Origin: Lytechinus pictus
Lineage: Eukaryota
DNA: 64,000 bases
Direction of reading: 5' to 3'
Assembly (NCBI RefSeq): GCF_037042905.1
Contig: NC_087249.1
Coordinates: 7,008,001-7,072,000, forward strand
Numbering within the stretch: position 1 is the first letter of the stretch; the number at the start of each line of letters is the position of its first letter. The position numbers were made by a program, and so were the translations under genes. The notes beneath the pieces were generated by a model. It searched no databases. It saw only the letters and a program-made list of their open reading frames with translations, and was not told the origin of the DNA. Shown in pieces: positions 51,683 to 64,000 of the stretch.

Positions 51683-51859
51683 GACCAGAGCAATATCAAC
51701 CTCGTTTACATGCAGCGGTAAAGTTTGAGTTGATGACAAACGCTGTTTAGCGCTCTTGATGTGGCATAGTTCCTCAACTGGACAGAAACGGGTACCGTAG
51801 AGTTCGTTAAACCACGCGAAATTTAAGAAGACAGTCCCGAAAGATAATTTTGTTCAATC

Positions 51860-52275
51860 TATATATCCTCCAGTTCGGGCCGGCCTCTAGTTGGTTTAAG
51901 CTCGAAACTGTTTAATATACTCAATCCCAGTATAAAATAACAAACGAGGAGAAATATTGGCTCTAGGGAAGAGCAACCAAGTGCATGTCTTGAAACTGAC
52001 AGATGTAATCCAAGACCATGCAGTAGTGCCGGTTTTGTAAGAAAATCATCTGCGTCACCGCTTCCTTCAGAGAGGACTTAAAACTGTCGAGACTAAGGCT
52101 AAGATCCTGCTTAATTCTTTCTACCAATCAACTAACAAACCAATAGCAGTAAGTTTTGTCTTAATTATTGGAGAAAAACAAACAAACATCGGACCTGCAT
52201 AGAGTTGATATTGCAAATGACACTCTCTGTGTAGGGTAATAACGAAAAATGATTACCAGTCAAGGCGTTGATTGG
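51860..52275 (-). promoter_or_regulatory. Candidate promoter of the mosaic gene
   Basis: TATATA at 51860-51865, about 180 nt upstream of the ATG, and CCAAT/ATTGG motifs near 52124, 52140 and 52270; motif evidence only. Confidence 0.3.
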
Positions 52276-53911
52276 ATGTGTCATTACCATAGATACAAAC
52301 TAGGCGGATAATAATATAATGTGCCGTTATATCGTTTTTGTGTTGATGTTTGTAAATGACAACTTATGGTTTAATGCAAAACACACTTGTCTCCTGGAAA
52401 ACTTCTGTAAGTAAGATCAGTGAATATTGAAAATGTTATAGTCTTAAGTATCAAACTTCTTATAAAGTGTAGTAAGAAACATTGGTACTCGTAGATGATA
52501 ATCAGTGATTACAATAATTCATTTTCATTTTGTTTCAGCAAACAATGTAGGGGAGACCGGGGGGGCGTTTCATCAACATTTTCGTCCGACAAGTTGTCAG
52601 ATCTGACAATTTTCCTTGATAATGATTGGCTGAGAGTCACTGTTACCATAGTAACTGTCTGATAAAACAGTACTTGTCGGATAAAGCGTCCGACAAGTCC
52701 TTTCATGAAACGCTCCCCGGGTCTTTTAAAGTCTATACACCAACAAACAAAGAAATCTATTTCATTTTCTATGATAATAACTTACACATATATCCTTCTT
52801 TTATTGGAAAAATTATCAACTTTGGCAGTCCAGCAAACATGAACATAATATTACGAATTCCAACGTTTTATGTCTTATATGTGTCATATGTGTTTTGTCT
52901 TCATTATTTTTCGCAAGTGTGTGAATCAGTTCATTATTTCGGACATGGTTCCTCATTTCTTTCTCGTTCTCAGCCTGCTTAAGAAACGATCGTGTGAAGA
53001 AAGAGCCGACGCGCGTCATGGGGAGAAACTGCGAAACTGGTGTTGTCCATGCATGTGTGTGTTTTTGTGCGGGGGTGGGGTTCTACCAGGAATAAGCTGC
53101 TAACAAAGTGAAAGTATGCCTTTTCATAGATGCTTTCATCCGATTAATGACAAACATTGCTCATTGAACATGATGAAGCACTTTCCTCGGATCTGAGGAT
53201 GTGAGTTTTCGGGACAAACGACATGTTTTCATTTTTTCGTCCCATCCGAAAATTATAGGACGAAACCATTCTTCCAATTTAACAATTTTCGACAAAGACC
53301 TCCCAGCTGTTCAATGTGATTTGATTTCAATTTTCAATACATTTACTGTACGCGTTCGTGAATTCGTTCGGCGTCACGGTGCAAAACTTCCTTGAGCGGC
53401 TTGAAGACGAATTTCTCTTGCCAAACGCTGTTACTGCACATTTTGGTAAAAGAAATTGGTTACCAAAATGTACCGGTGGCGGGTTTTTTTTTGTTACCAA
53501 AATGTGCAGTTATAATAAACGTGCATGCATGACGTACCTGCCATTTTCGTCTAATGACTATGTCGTCTAATGCAGTTTGGTCCAGTGTCATTTCGTTCAA
53601 TAGTCATTTCGCCCAGTTAGTCTAAGAGCCACTTGGTCCAATACCCATTTGGTCCAATTTGGTGTAATAACCATTACTGGGGGCAGGCGTGCGGCGTGGA
53701 TCCAGTGGGTGAATGCCCCCCTCCCCCGGTAGAATAGGGGGAAAGAAAAGACACACACCATAACATAAGATGAAAAACTATACTTTAGACACAAATCGCG
53801 ATTTATATAGCCAGATTTTGATAACCATCCCTGTGACGCTTTTAGCTTATGCCCATGCAGTTTTTCTCAAATTTAAGCACTTTTCAGTGGTGCATGTTAC
53901 AATAATTCTCC

Positions 53912-55590
53912 CACTGGCGTAAATCCCGGGGGGATGGGGGGATATATCCCCCCACTTTTCGAGGAGGGGGGGGGATGGCCTGTACAAACACCCCCCCCCC
54001 ACTTTTTACGAAAGAAATCACAAGAGATAATTGTTTTATTGGTGAAAATTCTTCCTGAAATACCGCTTAACAAATAAAACAATATTATTGAATCATAACA
54101 TGCAAATAAAGAGCCAGTTCACCATTTCCAAACGAAATACTTCTGTCCTTATCATAGCATTGAAGAGAAACTCCCGTTTCTTCCAATTCAACAATGTTGG
54201 TGTCTTTGGGAAGGGATTAAGATGGAATGTCAATTTTTTTTTAATGTAATCTCTAATAAAACCATTAAACCATCATGGGGTAAAAAAGATGATAATATTG
54301 GAGGGGTATTTGCCATATGGACATACAGTGGCATAACTACGGGGGGGCATGGGGGGCACGTGCCCTCCCAATCGGCTGACCAAAAAAAAAACGGGAAAAA
54401 GGGGAAAAGGAGAAAAGAGGGAGAAAGGAAGAGAAGCGTATAGTGGGAAAGAAGAAAATATTATTTATTATAATGTTATATTATAATTATGTTATGTTGC
54501 ATTACATAAGAAATTTTTTTATCATAACTTCATGAAACATAATTTGCCCAGGGCCTACGTCTTCATTGTTCCTGGTGCTTGTATTGTCTGCTAACGAGAT
54601 ATATAATCCTGTTGTACTGAAACATCCCGTTTTCAAGTCAATATAAACAAAATAAGTTTCCTAGCACTTGAGTTATCATTGTTTTATGTAGTGACATATG
54701 CTTCTTTTTCATGACTCAAAAATTGATTGCCCCATGTTAAGGTCTTCTTATATATGAAACATTTCCTGTCCGTGATTACGTTCGCATTAGTGGATTGGTG
54801 AAATATGTCTGCTCTTCATGAATTCCTAAAATCAGTCCTTAAAATGTCCCTTCTGATCTGAATATCAAAAATTTTCAGCTCGCGCTTCGCGCTCGCATCA
54901 TTTGGATATTGAATTACGGATGGTCCTAGTTAATTCCTACAAAGAAACCTTAGAATGCCCCACTTCAGGTCTGAATTATCTAAATTTTCAGCTCGCGCTT
55001 CGCGCTCGCAATATTTGATTAGTGAGATGCGTATGATAATCATGATTGCAATGACTACAAAAAGTGTTTCATGTGTTCAGATGTAATTCTTATAAGCCAG
55101 CAAGCGCTTGGCACTCGCATTAGATGACTATGGTGAAATATGCATACTCTTAATGGATTCCTAAAATACATTCCTCAAAATCTCGCTGTTTGGGGTAAAA
55201 ATATACGAAAACTTCAGCTCGCGCTTCGCGCTCGTATTGTTTAGCGAGACAGGTACCTATCATGATTACACAAATTTGATTATAATGTCTCTTTTTAGGT
55301 GTGAATATAAAAAAATTCAGCTCGCGCTTCGCGCTCGCATTAATTGATCAGTGAGATGCATATCCGTTTAATGACATTGTCCAGAAAATGTCTCTATTAG
55401 GTCAGAATAACTGGCAACTGAGCGCGCTCACTCAGTGATTCAAACATTTTGCTGGTGCCCCCTCCCCAATGCCGTGACCCACGGTACATATCAACACAAT
55501 TCCTTGCATATCTAAAAACATGACTGCAAAAAAAAAAGCCAAAATATTTCAGTCATCCCCCCCACCCATCAACACGGATTTACGCCAGTG
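53912..55590. mobile_element. hAT-like element with a nested CGCGCTTCGCGCTCG-family element (~54327-55487)
   Basis: TIR CACTGGCGTAAATCC, 8-bp TSD AATTCTCC. Confidence 0.85.
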
Positions 55591-56141
55591 AATTCTCCTC
55601 ATGAATATAAAATCATGTGAAATCAGTTTGTCCATGAATTAATGATATGACCTCCTTGTGGTATTTTGTATTTTTTGTAATCCAATGAATGAGAACAATA
55701 GTACAGAGAACTGAGCGAATATTAGTTACCAAAATGTGCCGTCAGGCGTCAATGCCCAACTTTTACCCAACTGTGCCACTACAAGCGCTTTGACATGTTA
55801 AAGGAGTAAGATGATGAAAGGGAAGTCCGCGATGCAATATAGGCCTGTATCATTAAGGCATATAAGTCTTACAATCTTATGATCGATTATGTTGTTAGGA
55901 TTATCATTCTTAATAACATCATTATCATCTATGATTTATCATTATCATCATCGTATCATTAACACTTTTATTATCATAATTATCACCGTTATTCGTTTAT
56001 CCCCATTGCACGGAGGCGATGCATCAAGAAGACACAGCCGCCCTGTTTTGAAGCAAGACGATGTGCCGATCGACCGAAAGGCGCAGTAAAAAGAAGTCAA
56101 TGCCCGAAATCAAAATGCTTCTCCTCATGATCAAGCCTATA

Positions 56142-56299
56142 CAGGGGCCGCGGAAGCGGGGGGCTGGGACCTTCAGCCCCCCCCCCCCCACTTTTGTAAA
56201 AACCCGTGTACAAAAACTTAAAAACGATTATGATTCATTGTGATTTTTGGCATGGTCAGCCCCCCCCCCCCCACTTTGAAAACCGTTCCGCGGCCCCTG
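56142..56299. mobile_element. Short MITE (CAGGGGCCGCGGAA ends)
   Basis: Inverted ends; related copies near 9100-9200 and 47590-47725. Confidence 0.65.
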
Positions 56300-56747
56300 C
56301 TATTAGTATATACATGCTTTAGAGATAAATATATGTTGAGAGAGGATATCTCTAGAGAATGGGACTTATAGTCATCAGAGACTTGTTTGTTTCAAATATG
56401 TGCCATTCATTTTGTAGCGATTACCAAAACCAATTTCATCAGTGCAATGGAAGAAGCCAACGTAGAGAACAGAAAACAAAAAATGAATTTATGGCAACGG
56501 ATTCGTAAACCGTGAAGGTATCATTAATTTCCGCATTTGGAGGACAATTAGGGGCCTACCATTTGTAATACTTTTCCAAAGGATCACACTATTATGTATT
56601 TTCTGTCAATTGGTTCTAGCTTTCTCACTCGATTCCTATATACAGAAAATGAAAAAAAAAGTGTTAGGTGAAAACGATTTTTAAATTGTGGGTGGGGTGG
56701 GGGCTTAATGTGAATGCATGGTCAATATCTCGATTTTGTATGGGTAC

Positions 56748-57566
56748 CCCGGGGGGGGGGGGGCCACTTACATTGACGAGTGGATACCATGCGCGACCAA
56801 AAAACACGTAAAAAGAATGTCTTTTTCAAGATAGGGCACGTTACGTACGTAACGTGATAAGGGTGTCAAAAACACAAAAATATTGAAAAAAGGGTATCTA
56901 TTTCGCTCGGAAAAATATACGTGTTTAAGGTCAAATATGCGGGGATGATAAAACAAAGTCAAAATGTTTTTATAATGGATGTCCTTTTTGCCCCAACACT
57001 ACGTGTTTAGAGTCCGATTTGCGCGAGGTGTGGAAGGTGGGGCCGTACTAAACCAAAATAATGGTGTCTAAAGGTAAATCCGACGACCGGCGCGCCGGTC
57101 GTCGGACGCGTGACATAACAATAAAATACATCTGTACTTGTTTAGGGGTTCATTTCAGGGAATACTTGCTAAGAGTATCGCTTTGTTTCCAATACTTGTT
57201 AAGGGGTGCATTTTCAGAATATGGAAAATACATCGCTGTACTTGTTTAGGGGCTCAGTTCTGGGAATACTTGCCAATAGTATTTGTTTCCAATACTTGTT
57301 AAGGGTAGGGTTTCACACGCCAATACTTGTTAAGGGGTGCATTTTCAGAATATGGAAAATACACCGCTGTACTTGTTTAGGGGCTCAGTTCTGGGAATAC
57401 TTGCCAATAGTATTTGTTTCCAATACTTGTTAAGGGTAGGGTTTCACACGCCAATACTTGTTAAGGGGTGCATTTTCAGAATATGGAAAATAACGTGTTT
57501 AGGGTGCTTTTCAAGACTCCGTGGTCGCGCATGGTATCCACTCGCCAATGGAAGTGACCCCCCGGG
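56748..57566. mobile_element. Non-autonomous TIR element with CCCGGG termini and an 8-bp TSD
   Basis: ATGGGTAC on both flanks; ~50-bp TIR containing GAGTGGATACCATGCGCGACCA; internal 131-bp tandem repeat. Confidence 0.88.
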
Positions 57567-58013
57567 ATGGGTACGAGGATATAGGCCGTGACTTTCTACA
57601 TTTTTTCCATGGCCCCAATAAAAGGACTCGTGATATCTGTTGGGGTATATGTTAATTGTTCTTGTTATCAACTATAGTGCAAGAACCAGGAAAGAAGCGG
57701 GAATTTGAAGAACTCGGTATAGCTAGCAACAGCTAATTTTGTGGCGTATCTAGGATACTAGTATTCTGTTGTGCAAGTCAGTGCAACCCTTCATTCGAGT
57801 AAAGGGTCTTGCATCACTCATCATCCTGAAGAGCCTCTCGCTGAATTAAAACAGCAAGTTTCATGTGCTAGTCTTTGCGTTGAGACACACTTGTTGATCA
57901 AAGTTTCAGTGTGGTATGTGCCTAGCTAGCGCTGCAGCTCATCTAGGACACCATTCTGTCTTCTAACTACTGAAAATTTTCTCGATCGCATCGTTAGCTT
58001 GCATATTAATATT

Positions 58014-59432
58014 CAGGGGCGGATCCAGCCTTCGCCAATAGGGGGGGGGGCCCGGATTTTTTTCAGCCACATTTTCCCGATCGGCCGCTCGAAGTTAATG
58101 TTTGTTTGTTTCTTTGAAGGGGTAGTCCTAATAGCCACTTCTAAGCTTCATTTTAATATATATATATATTCATATAATATCGTAAGCCTTATTTAAAAAG
58201 TGCGAGCGCGAAGCGTGAGCAGAAATTTTTAATATGCGTTTTGATCTGATAAAAAAAGGATCTGTTAACGGCAGCTTCTTAGCCATGAAGACGTTACATA
58301 TTTATACTATCAAAAAATGCGAGCGCGAAGCGCGAGCTGAAAAATTTGACATTTTTACCTGAAGAATGGAAAACGATAAGTATATAAACTAAATAATTGA
58401 TGCGAGCGCGAAACTGAAAAATTCGAGATTTAAACCTAAAAATGGGACACTCTATTCATATTTTGTAAATCATGAAATAAGGATAAGAAATTGGAAAGTT
58501 TCTATACTATATGCGAGCGCAAAGCGCGAGCAGAAATTTTTTAATTTAATTTATCTTTAATATACGTTTTGATCTGATAAAAAATGGATTTGTTAACGGC
58601 TGCTTGTTAGCCATGAAGACGTTACATATTTTAACTATCACAAAATGCGAGCGCGAAGCGCGAGCTGAAAAATTTGACATTTTTACCTGAAGAATGGAAA
58701 ACGATAAGTATATAAACTAAATAATTGATGCGAGCGCGAAGCTGAAAAATTCGATATTTAAACCTAAAAATGGGACACTCTATTCATATTTTTTAAATCA
58801 TGAAAAGGATGAGAAATTGGAAAGTTTCTAAACTATATGCGAGCGCAAAGCGCGAGCAGATTTTTTTTTATTTATCTTTAATATACGTTTTGATCTGATA
58901 AAAAATGGATTTGTTAACGGCTGCTTGTTAGCCATGAAGACGTTACATATTTTAACTATCAAATAATGCGAGCTGAAAATTTTGACATTTCTACAGTGAA
59001 GAATGGAAATTCTAAGCACTTTTTGTAATCGTGAAAAGGATAAGTATATAACTAAACAATTGATGCGAGCAGAAAAATTCTGGACACTCTATTCGTGTTT
59101 TGTAAATCATGAAAAGGATGAAAAATTGGAAAGTTTCCTACATTAATAATGCGAGCTCAAAGCGCGAGCAGACAATTTTTGATACTTAATTGTGATCTGA
59201 AATTGGATAATGATTTAAATAGAGAACAAGCTGCGTATCTGAATAAACGCGTGTTTCAGATTTCTACCTAGAATTTAGGTATTCTAAATACCTTTCTTAT
59301 CATGAAAATCAATAAAGCGAGCGCAAAGCGCGAGCTAACAATATATGATATTCTCCTCTCTGTTCCCTTAATTCTTTTCCTTTTTTTTGCTCCGCCAATA
59401 GGGGGGGGGGCCCTCCCCTGGATCCGCCTATG
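58014..59432. mobile_element. CGCGAAGCGCG-family non-autonomous element with internal ~325-bp tandem repeats
   Basis: GGCGGATCCAG inverted ends; about 3 internal units between 58200 and 59170. Confidence 0.75.
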
Positions 59433-59879
59433 AATATTATCTGCATTTAGTAGGGGAGGGGGCCTAGTAAATTTTATAACACAATAAAAACCATTACTTT
59501 TATAGCCATTTGAAGAAAAAAAACAACCATGATTAACTGAAAGATATGGTAGTATGTTGGGTAGTATCATGGACCTAGTATGGACGTCCAATGCCCCGTG
59601 TTTTGGATGTCCCCAAAATTTTGAAATTTCAGATCGATTATAATATCATATCCCTCCACTGCTCGGACCGGTTTTACGCCAGTGCGTATGTTGCTTGTGT
59701 TCCTATTGTTTTGATTGAATAGAAGGACTCTAGCAGCTAGAGTCCTATTCAATCAAAAATATATTTTTATACATGTTGGGGGTACAAAATATCCCCCTAT
59801 TCGGCTTGCCATAGGCTTTCAGCTGTCGATGCACGATGTCCGCAAAATTCCTGTCCTGACAAGCTGCCAGTTTTTCAAT

Positions 59880-60325
59880 ACGAGTAGTCGCCCAGCGCAG
59901 CCAACAGCGCCGCCGTGCCGCGGGGTCGACCGGCCGTAGCTAGCCCGATACTATGCACATGCACAAGTCAGAGCAGAGAGGATATATTATAATCTCCTTA
60001 TTCCTTTGGAAGTTTGGTCAGAGCACAGGCGGAGATGCATGCGGAGACCCCTCTCTCTCTTCTTAGCTGATCCCTCCACTCTGTAAATTCATAGGAATAC
60101 GGGCCATAGACAGGAATAACCGTCGTTTCTGGGGATTTATTCAACAATTTCTGACATTTTACTGTAATCCCCATTTGAGTGGAGCCAACGTAGTTCAGCG
60201 GAACAACCAAAATACAGAGACTGAAGCTTTTGGTCTATACGGGCCATAGATATAGAGTCCAAATGGAATATACATGTACGCGTACACTACAGTCTGCAGT
60301 ACAGACTACAGTACAGGTACCACCG
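59880..60325 (+). promoter_or_regulatory. Candidate FAN1 promoter and non-coding first exon
   Basis: Local CpG-rich patch at 59880-59950 and a strong donor CCG|GTAAGT at 60326, upstream of the acceptor at 61911. Confidence 0.35.
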
Positions 60326-60688
60326 GTAAGTATTCACAGATAGGCCTACGCAATTTCGGAAATTTGAACTTTGAAGAGACATTACATTCTGCTCTGGGCA
60401 GTCTGATCTGGGAGGCTTGCCTCGGCCTCGGGGACCTCGACACCGTTCGGACTGCCACAGTAAACGGGAGCCGTGCCGGGAGGCATGCATTTTGTGAAGA
60501 AAAAAAAGAGGGATAGATTGTGAAGCTGAACAAGAGTGACGGCTGAACTTGACTGAAGCCAAGTCCAAGCCCATACTTTGGCAAGGATGACTAATAATAA
60601 TAATACCGGTGGAATACCATCGTTTCTGGGGATTTATTTAACAATTTCTGATAATGATATTGATACAGATTTGAACATTTTAATTTAA

Positions 60689-61286
60689 AGGGATGGTCTG
60701 CGCTAAAATATTTATACTATAGGCCTAACGTTAGATATATAGATCTAGGCCTACATGATCTAGGGCCTATCTAACTAGATTAAAAATCACAGAGCAAAAT
60801 GCTGAAAATTTCATAAAATCAGATAACAAAGTTCTTGAAAGTTGAATGTTATTGTTACTTTAAAAATTAAAGTTTATCAATTTTTGGTGAAAACAGATTA
60901 TATATGCACATCGTCATGAATATTCATTAGGTTGGCTAATGACGTAATGTCATTAGGCCTAGGCCTACATGAAATCACGTTTCATACATGTGTAAATAAT
61001 GTGTCTCCATTATGATGAAATAAGTTGCGACAATAATGATATTAAATGCCCCAATAGTTCTTGGTAGAAAATTTTTTAATAGGCCTAAATTTAGTAAACC
61101 TAATGTAATATAATATAATACAAAAGAACAAGTGGGGATATGACATCATGATCAAATCATGCAAATCTTTAAAATTCAATAACTTTGTTATTTGTTACCG
61201 ATTTTGATCAAATTTACAGCATTTTGCTATGTGAATTTTTCTCTATTGACTGAGATATATAAATATCTCCAGCCTGGACCATCCCT
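60689..61286. mobile_element. TTAA-flanked MITE (Kolobok-like)
   Basis: TTAA|AGGGATGGTC...GACCATCCCT|TTAA. Confidence 0.78.
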
Positions 61287-61303
61287 TTAATAACTATACC
61301 TAG

Positions 61304-61706
61304 AGGTATAGACATCTAATGTTAATTCTACATGTCAATTTAGAGAGGATGAAGCTTTGACTTGTTTCAGTTTCACATGACAATGTCAATGAGGAGAAAA
61401 TTAAGATATTTCATATTTTATATAATGAATTACAAAAGAATTAAATAGTGAGCGGATGAGGATATCAGTCCTCTCGTATGCAAATGAGAGGACTGATATC
61501 CTCATCCGCTCACTATTTAATTCTTTTGTAATTCATTATATAAAATATGAAATATCTTAATTTTCTCCTCATTGACATTGTCATGTGTCCTAGAGAGTAA
61601 AAATAATTCACTAATGACAAAAACATGTGTGCTTACTCACTGAAACAAGTCAAAGCTTTATCCTCTCTGAAATGACATGTGGAATTAACATTAGACGTCT
61701 ATACCT
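61304..61706. repeat. Long inverted repeat with a perfect 102-bp inner stem
   Basis: 61374-61475 is the exact reverse complement of 61486-61587; the outer arms are imperfect. Confidence 0.95.
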
Positions 61707-61990
61707 TTTGTTAGGGTAGACTCCTCCTTAAAGTGATTTTCAGAAAAGGTTTATATGGAAACAAAGAAAAAACACATTCTGACTTCGTATACCACGCACG
61801 CACACATCAAATTATTGATATTGAAATTTTACACTAAGTATTTTTGAGAATTCTGGAATAAAAAGAATACAGAATATTTTACTCCTTCTGTGGCTAAATC
61901 TATTTCAACAGACCCCATTGAAAATACATGACATCGAGATGGCCATGCTTGAAGTCTGACCAATGTGAGCTGTGAAAACCATCAGAAGCG

Positions 61991-63689
61991 ATGGAGGGTC
62001 CTGCAAAGAGAGCCATCACCCCAACATCAGGAAAGAAGAGGAAGAGACCTGCTTCCATTTCTCCAAGAAAAGGGAAGAAAAGACTTTCATTATCAGAAGT
62101 AAGAAAGCATGTGAACTCAGCCACAGCCTCACAGCCAACGAAAAGGGATGATGCAGGAACATCAAGTAAAAATCCCCCTCGTTCCATAGAGTCTTTCTTT
62201 GCAAAAGCCAAGCCTCCGCGGTATACGCCATGTCCTGTTTGCTCCGAGGAGATCAAATTGTCGGAGATCAACAGGCACTTGGATTCGGGATGTCTGTCCA
62301 AGCAAGAGAGTCCCGCTAAAGGAGAGGAAGAGTCTGTGAAACAGAGTTCAAGAAAAGTTGCAGATGTGAGGAATGATGTCAAAGATAAGAGGACAAGACG
62401 TCGCCTCCAGAACAAGTTTGAGTCAAGTCCGTTGTATCAGCAAAGCTCTTCAAGCCTTTCATCTGATGATAATCAAGAAATTTGTGTCCAAAATCATGGC
62501 TTGAAGGGTAGTGAAATACCAGAAACACTTGGTAAGGAAATTAGCATTAGTCATGTCCTCAACCATTCTGAATGTGCAGATCAGGATTCAGAGGATGCTT
62601 TTGTTCAATCATCAGATACGAGTATGCCAGAAAAACAAAACAAACGGGACAATTGTAAAGCCAGATCCCGGTTAAGCTTGAAGAAATTACGGCAGAGAAA
62701 AAGTGATTCAGAATCAAATTTTGAGTCGGAAGAAGTGCATGATGTAACTAAAGATGCTATTAGAACTGAATCTCACTCTCAAAGTAAGAAGGTTACCTCA
62801 CCTTTTTTCAATCATGCAAGGAAAGGCAGTGCCAATATCAAGTCACCAGGAAGTGCAGTCAGGTCGAGTGGCCAATCTGAGGGAACCCTTTCACAGAATC
62901 TGCATTATGCATCCTCAGATGATGCAGTAGAATCTTTCAGGATTACCCCAACTCGAATCTATATTCCTGAAAAGAAGAGTTCTCAATCGACTTTGAATTC
63001 TGTAAGTCCTGAAACCAAAGCATCTACCTCTTCAACATCATCCCAGCAGGGAGGTTCCAGAAATAAAATTTCTCTTACAGGATCACCTTCCACGTCCACA
63101 GGACATGACAGAGGTTCTAGGAAGATTCACAGAACTCCTGTGAGAACTAAATTGTTCAGTGACTCGGGGAAACCACAGGTTGAACCACTACCAACACAAA
63201 CAAGTAGGTTTAGTAAAGATTATGTATCAAAGGGTCACAGACAATCCCCAAGTGGTGCATTAAGTACAAGTAGTCCCATAGTTGATGTTGGAAAAGGTCT
63301 GACTGATGGCCCTGGTGCTAGCTCTTCACTGCCTTCTATACCTACCTCAGCTAACGGCTCATTTACATCAACTCCAAAGTCCAGTTCTATAGAGATTAAC
63401 AAGGGATTATCATCATCAAATGGAGAAAGTGCAGCAACTTCATCATTAAGTACTTTCCATTCATCAACACCCAAGAAAGGCTCACCCTACACCTCCCCAG
63501 CAAAGTCTGGTACAACGGCAACATCTCCCGCGAGGTCGGACACACTTGGGTCTCCACATAAGCCAAGGGAACCTTACTACATAGTGAACTTCAAGCTGAT
63601 CTTGAATGCTGTCCTGAAGAATGAGTTTGACGCTCACCTCTTTGATGATGAAGATCATGCCCAGGTGTCCAAGTTCAACAGTTTGTCAG
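61991..63689 (+). CDS. FAN1: Fanconi-associated nuclease 1, first coding exon (partial gene)
   Basis: Basic NLS, SIESFF, UBZ4 finger CPVC...INRHLDSGC, long Ser-rich disordered region, then PYYIVNFKLILNAVLKNEFDAHLFDDED...KFNSLS matching the start of the FAN1 catalytic core. Exon acceptor AG at 61910-61911; donor GTAAGC at 63690. Confidence 0.93.
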
Positions 63690-64000
63690 GTAAGCTGCTG
63701 TCAAGTTATGTTTACTTTCATCTTGATTGGAGAGCCTTGAGTTGTATTTTGTAATGATAACAATATTGATACTTGGTTCTTTGAAGCAAATTACACATAG
63801 CAGATTTTATGTCTATATAGATGCGCTTGAGATATAGGAAAAGCATTGAATAAGAATAAAATAGCTTAGATAGCAAGAAGGTACATGTACGAAATTCACT
63901 GATGCATACCATTGAATAAATTTCTCTTAACCCTTAAGATAAATTTTGAAATTATCTTACAGGGTTCCCACAGTCATGGAAAATCCTGGAAAAATTTTTG

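Noticed and set aside
51682..60325. Shared bidirectional promoter between the mosaic gene and FAN1
   Set aside because: The genes are divergent but more than 8 kb apart and separated by several transposons
61900..62415. 171-aa minus-strand ORF
   Set aside because: It is an antisense shadow of the FAN1 exon with no independent evidence
63690..63754. End of the 587-aa ORF as the FAN1 C-terminus
   Set aside because: Similarity to FAN1 stops at a GTAAGC donor; the rest is intron read-through and the nuclease exons lie beyond the window

Overview
Eukaryotic, AT-rich, intron- and repeat-rich animal DNA; the gene and repeat content suggests an echinoderm, probably a sea urchin (inference). Two genes are visible. 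(1) A minus-strand gene of at least 14 coding exons (about 51682 down to 3185) that I spliced by hand into an open 795-aa secreted mosaic protein: signal peptide, EGF, Thr/Pro linker, 5 HYR domains, an F5/8 type C (discoidin) domain and a C-type lectin domain. (2) The first large coding exon of FAN1 on the plus strand (61991-63689), running off the window. The introns hold non-autonomous DNA transposons, tRNA-derived SINEs, CR1 and L2 LINE fragments and a dimeric satellite. The most striking element is a 1228-bp Transib-type transposon (39384-40611). It has a perfect 5-bp TSD and ends that resemble V(D)J recombination signal sequences: a CACAGTG heptamer with nonamer-like motifs at 12- and 23-bp spacing. 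It is the youngest layer of a six-layer nested insertion that splits a CR1 LINE. I found no CRISPR arrays, rRNA or bona fide tRNA genes. All coordinates were counted by hand and family assignments were made without database searches.
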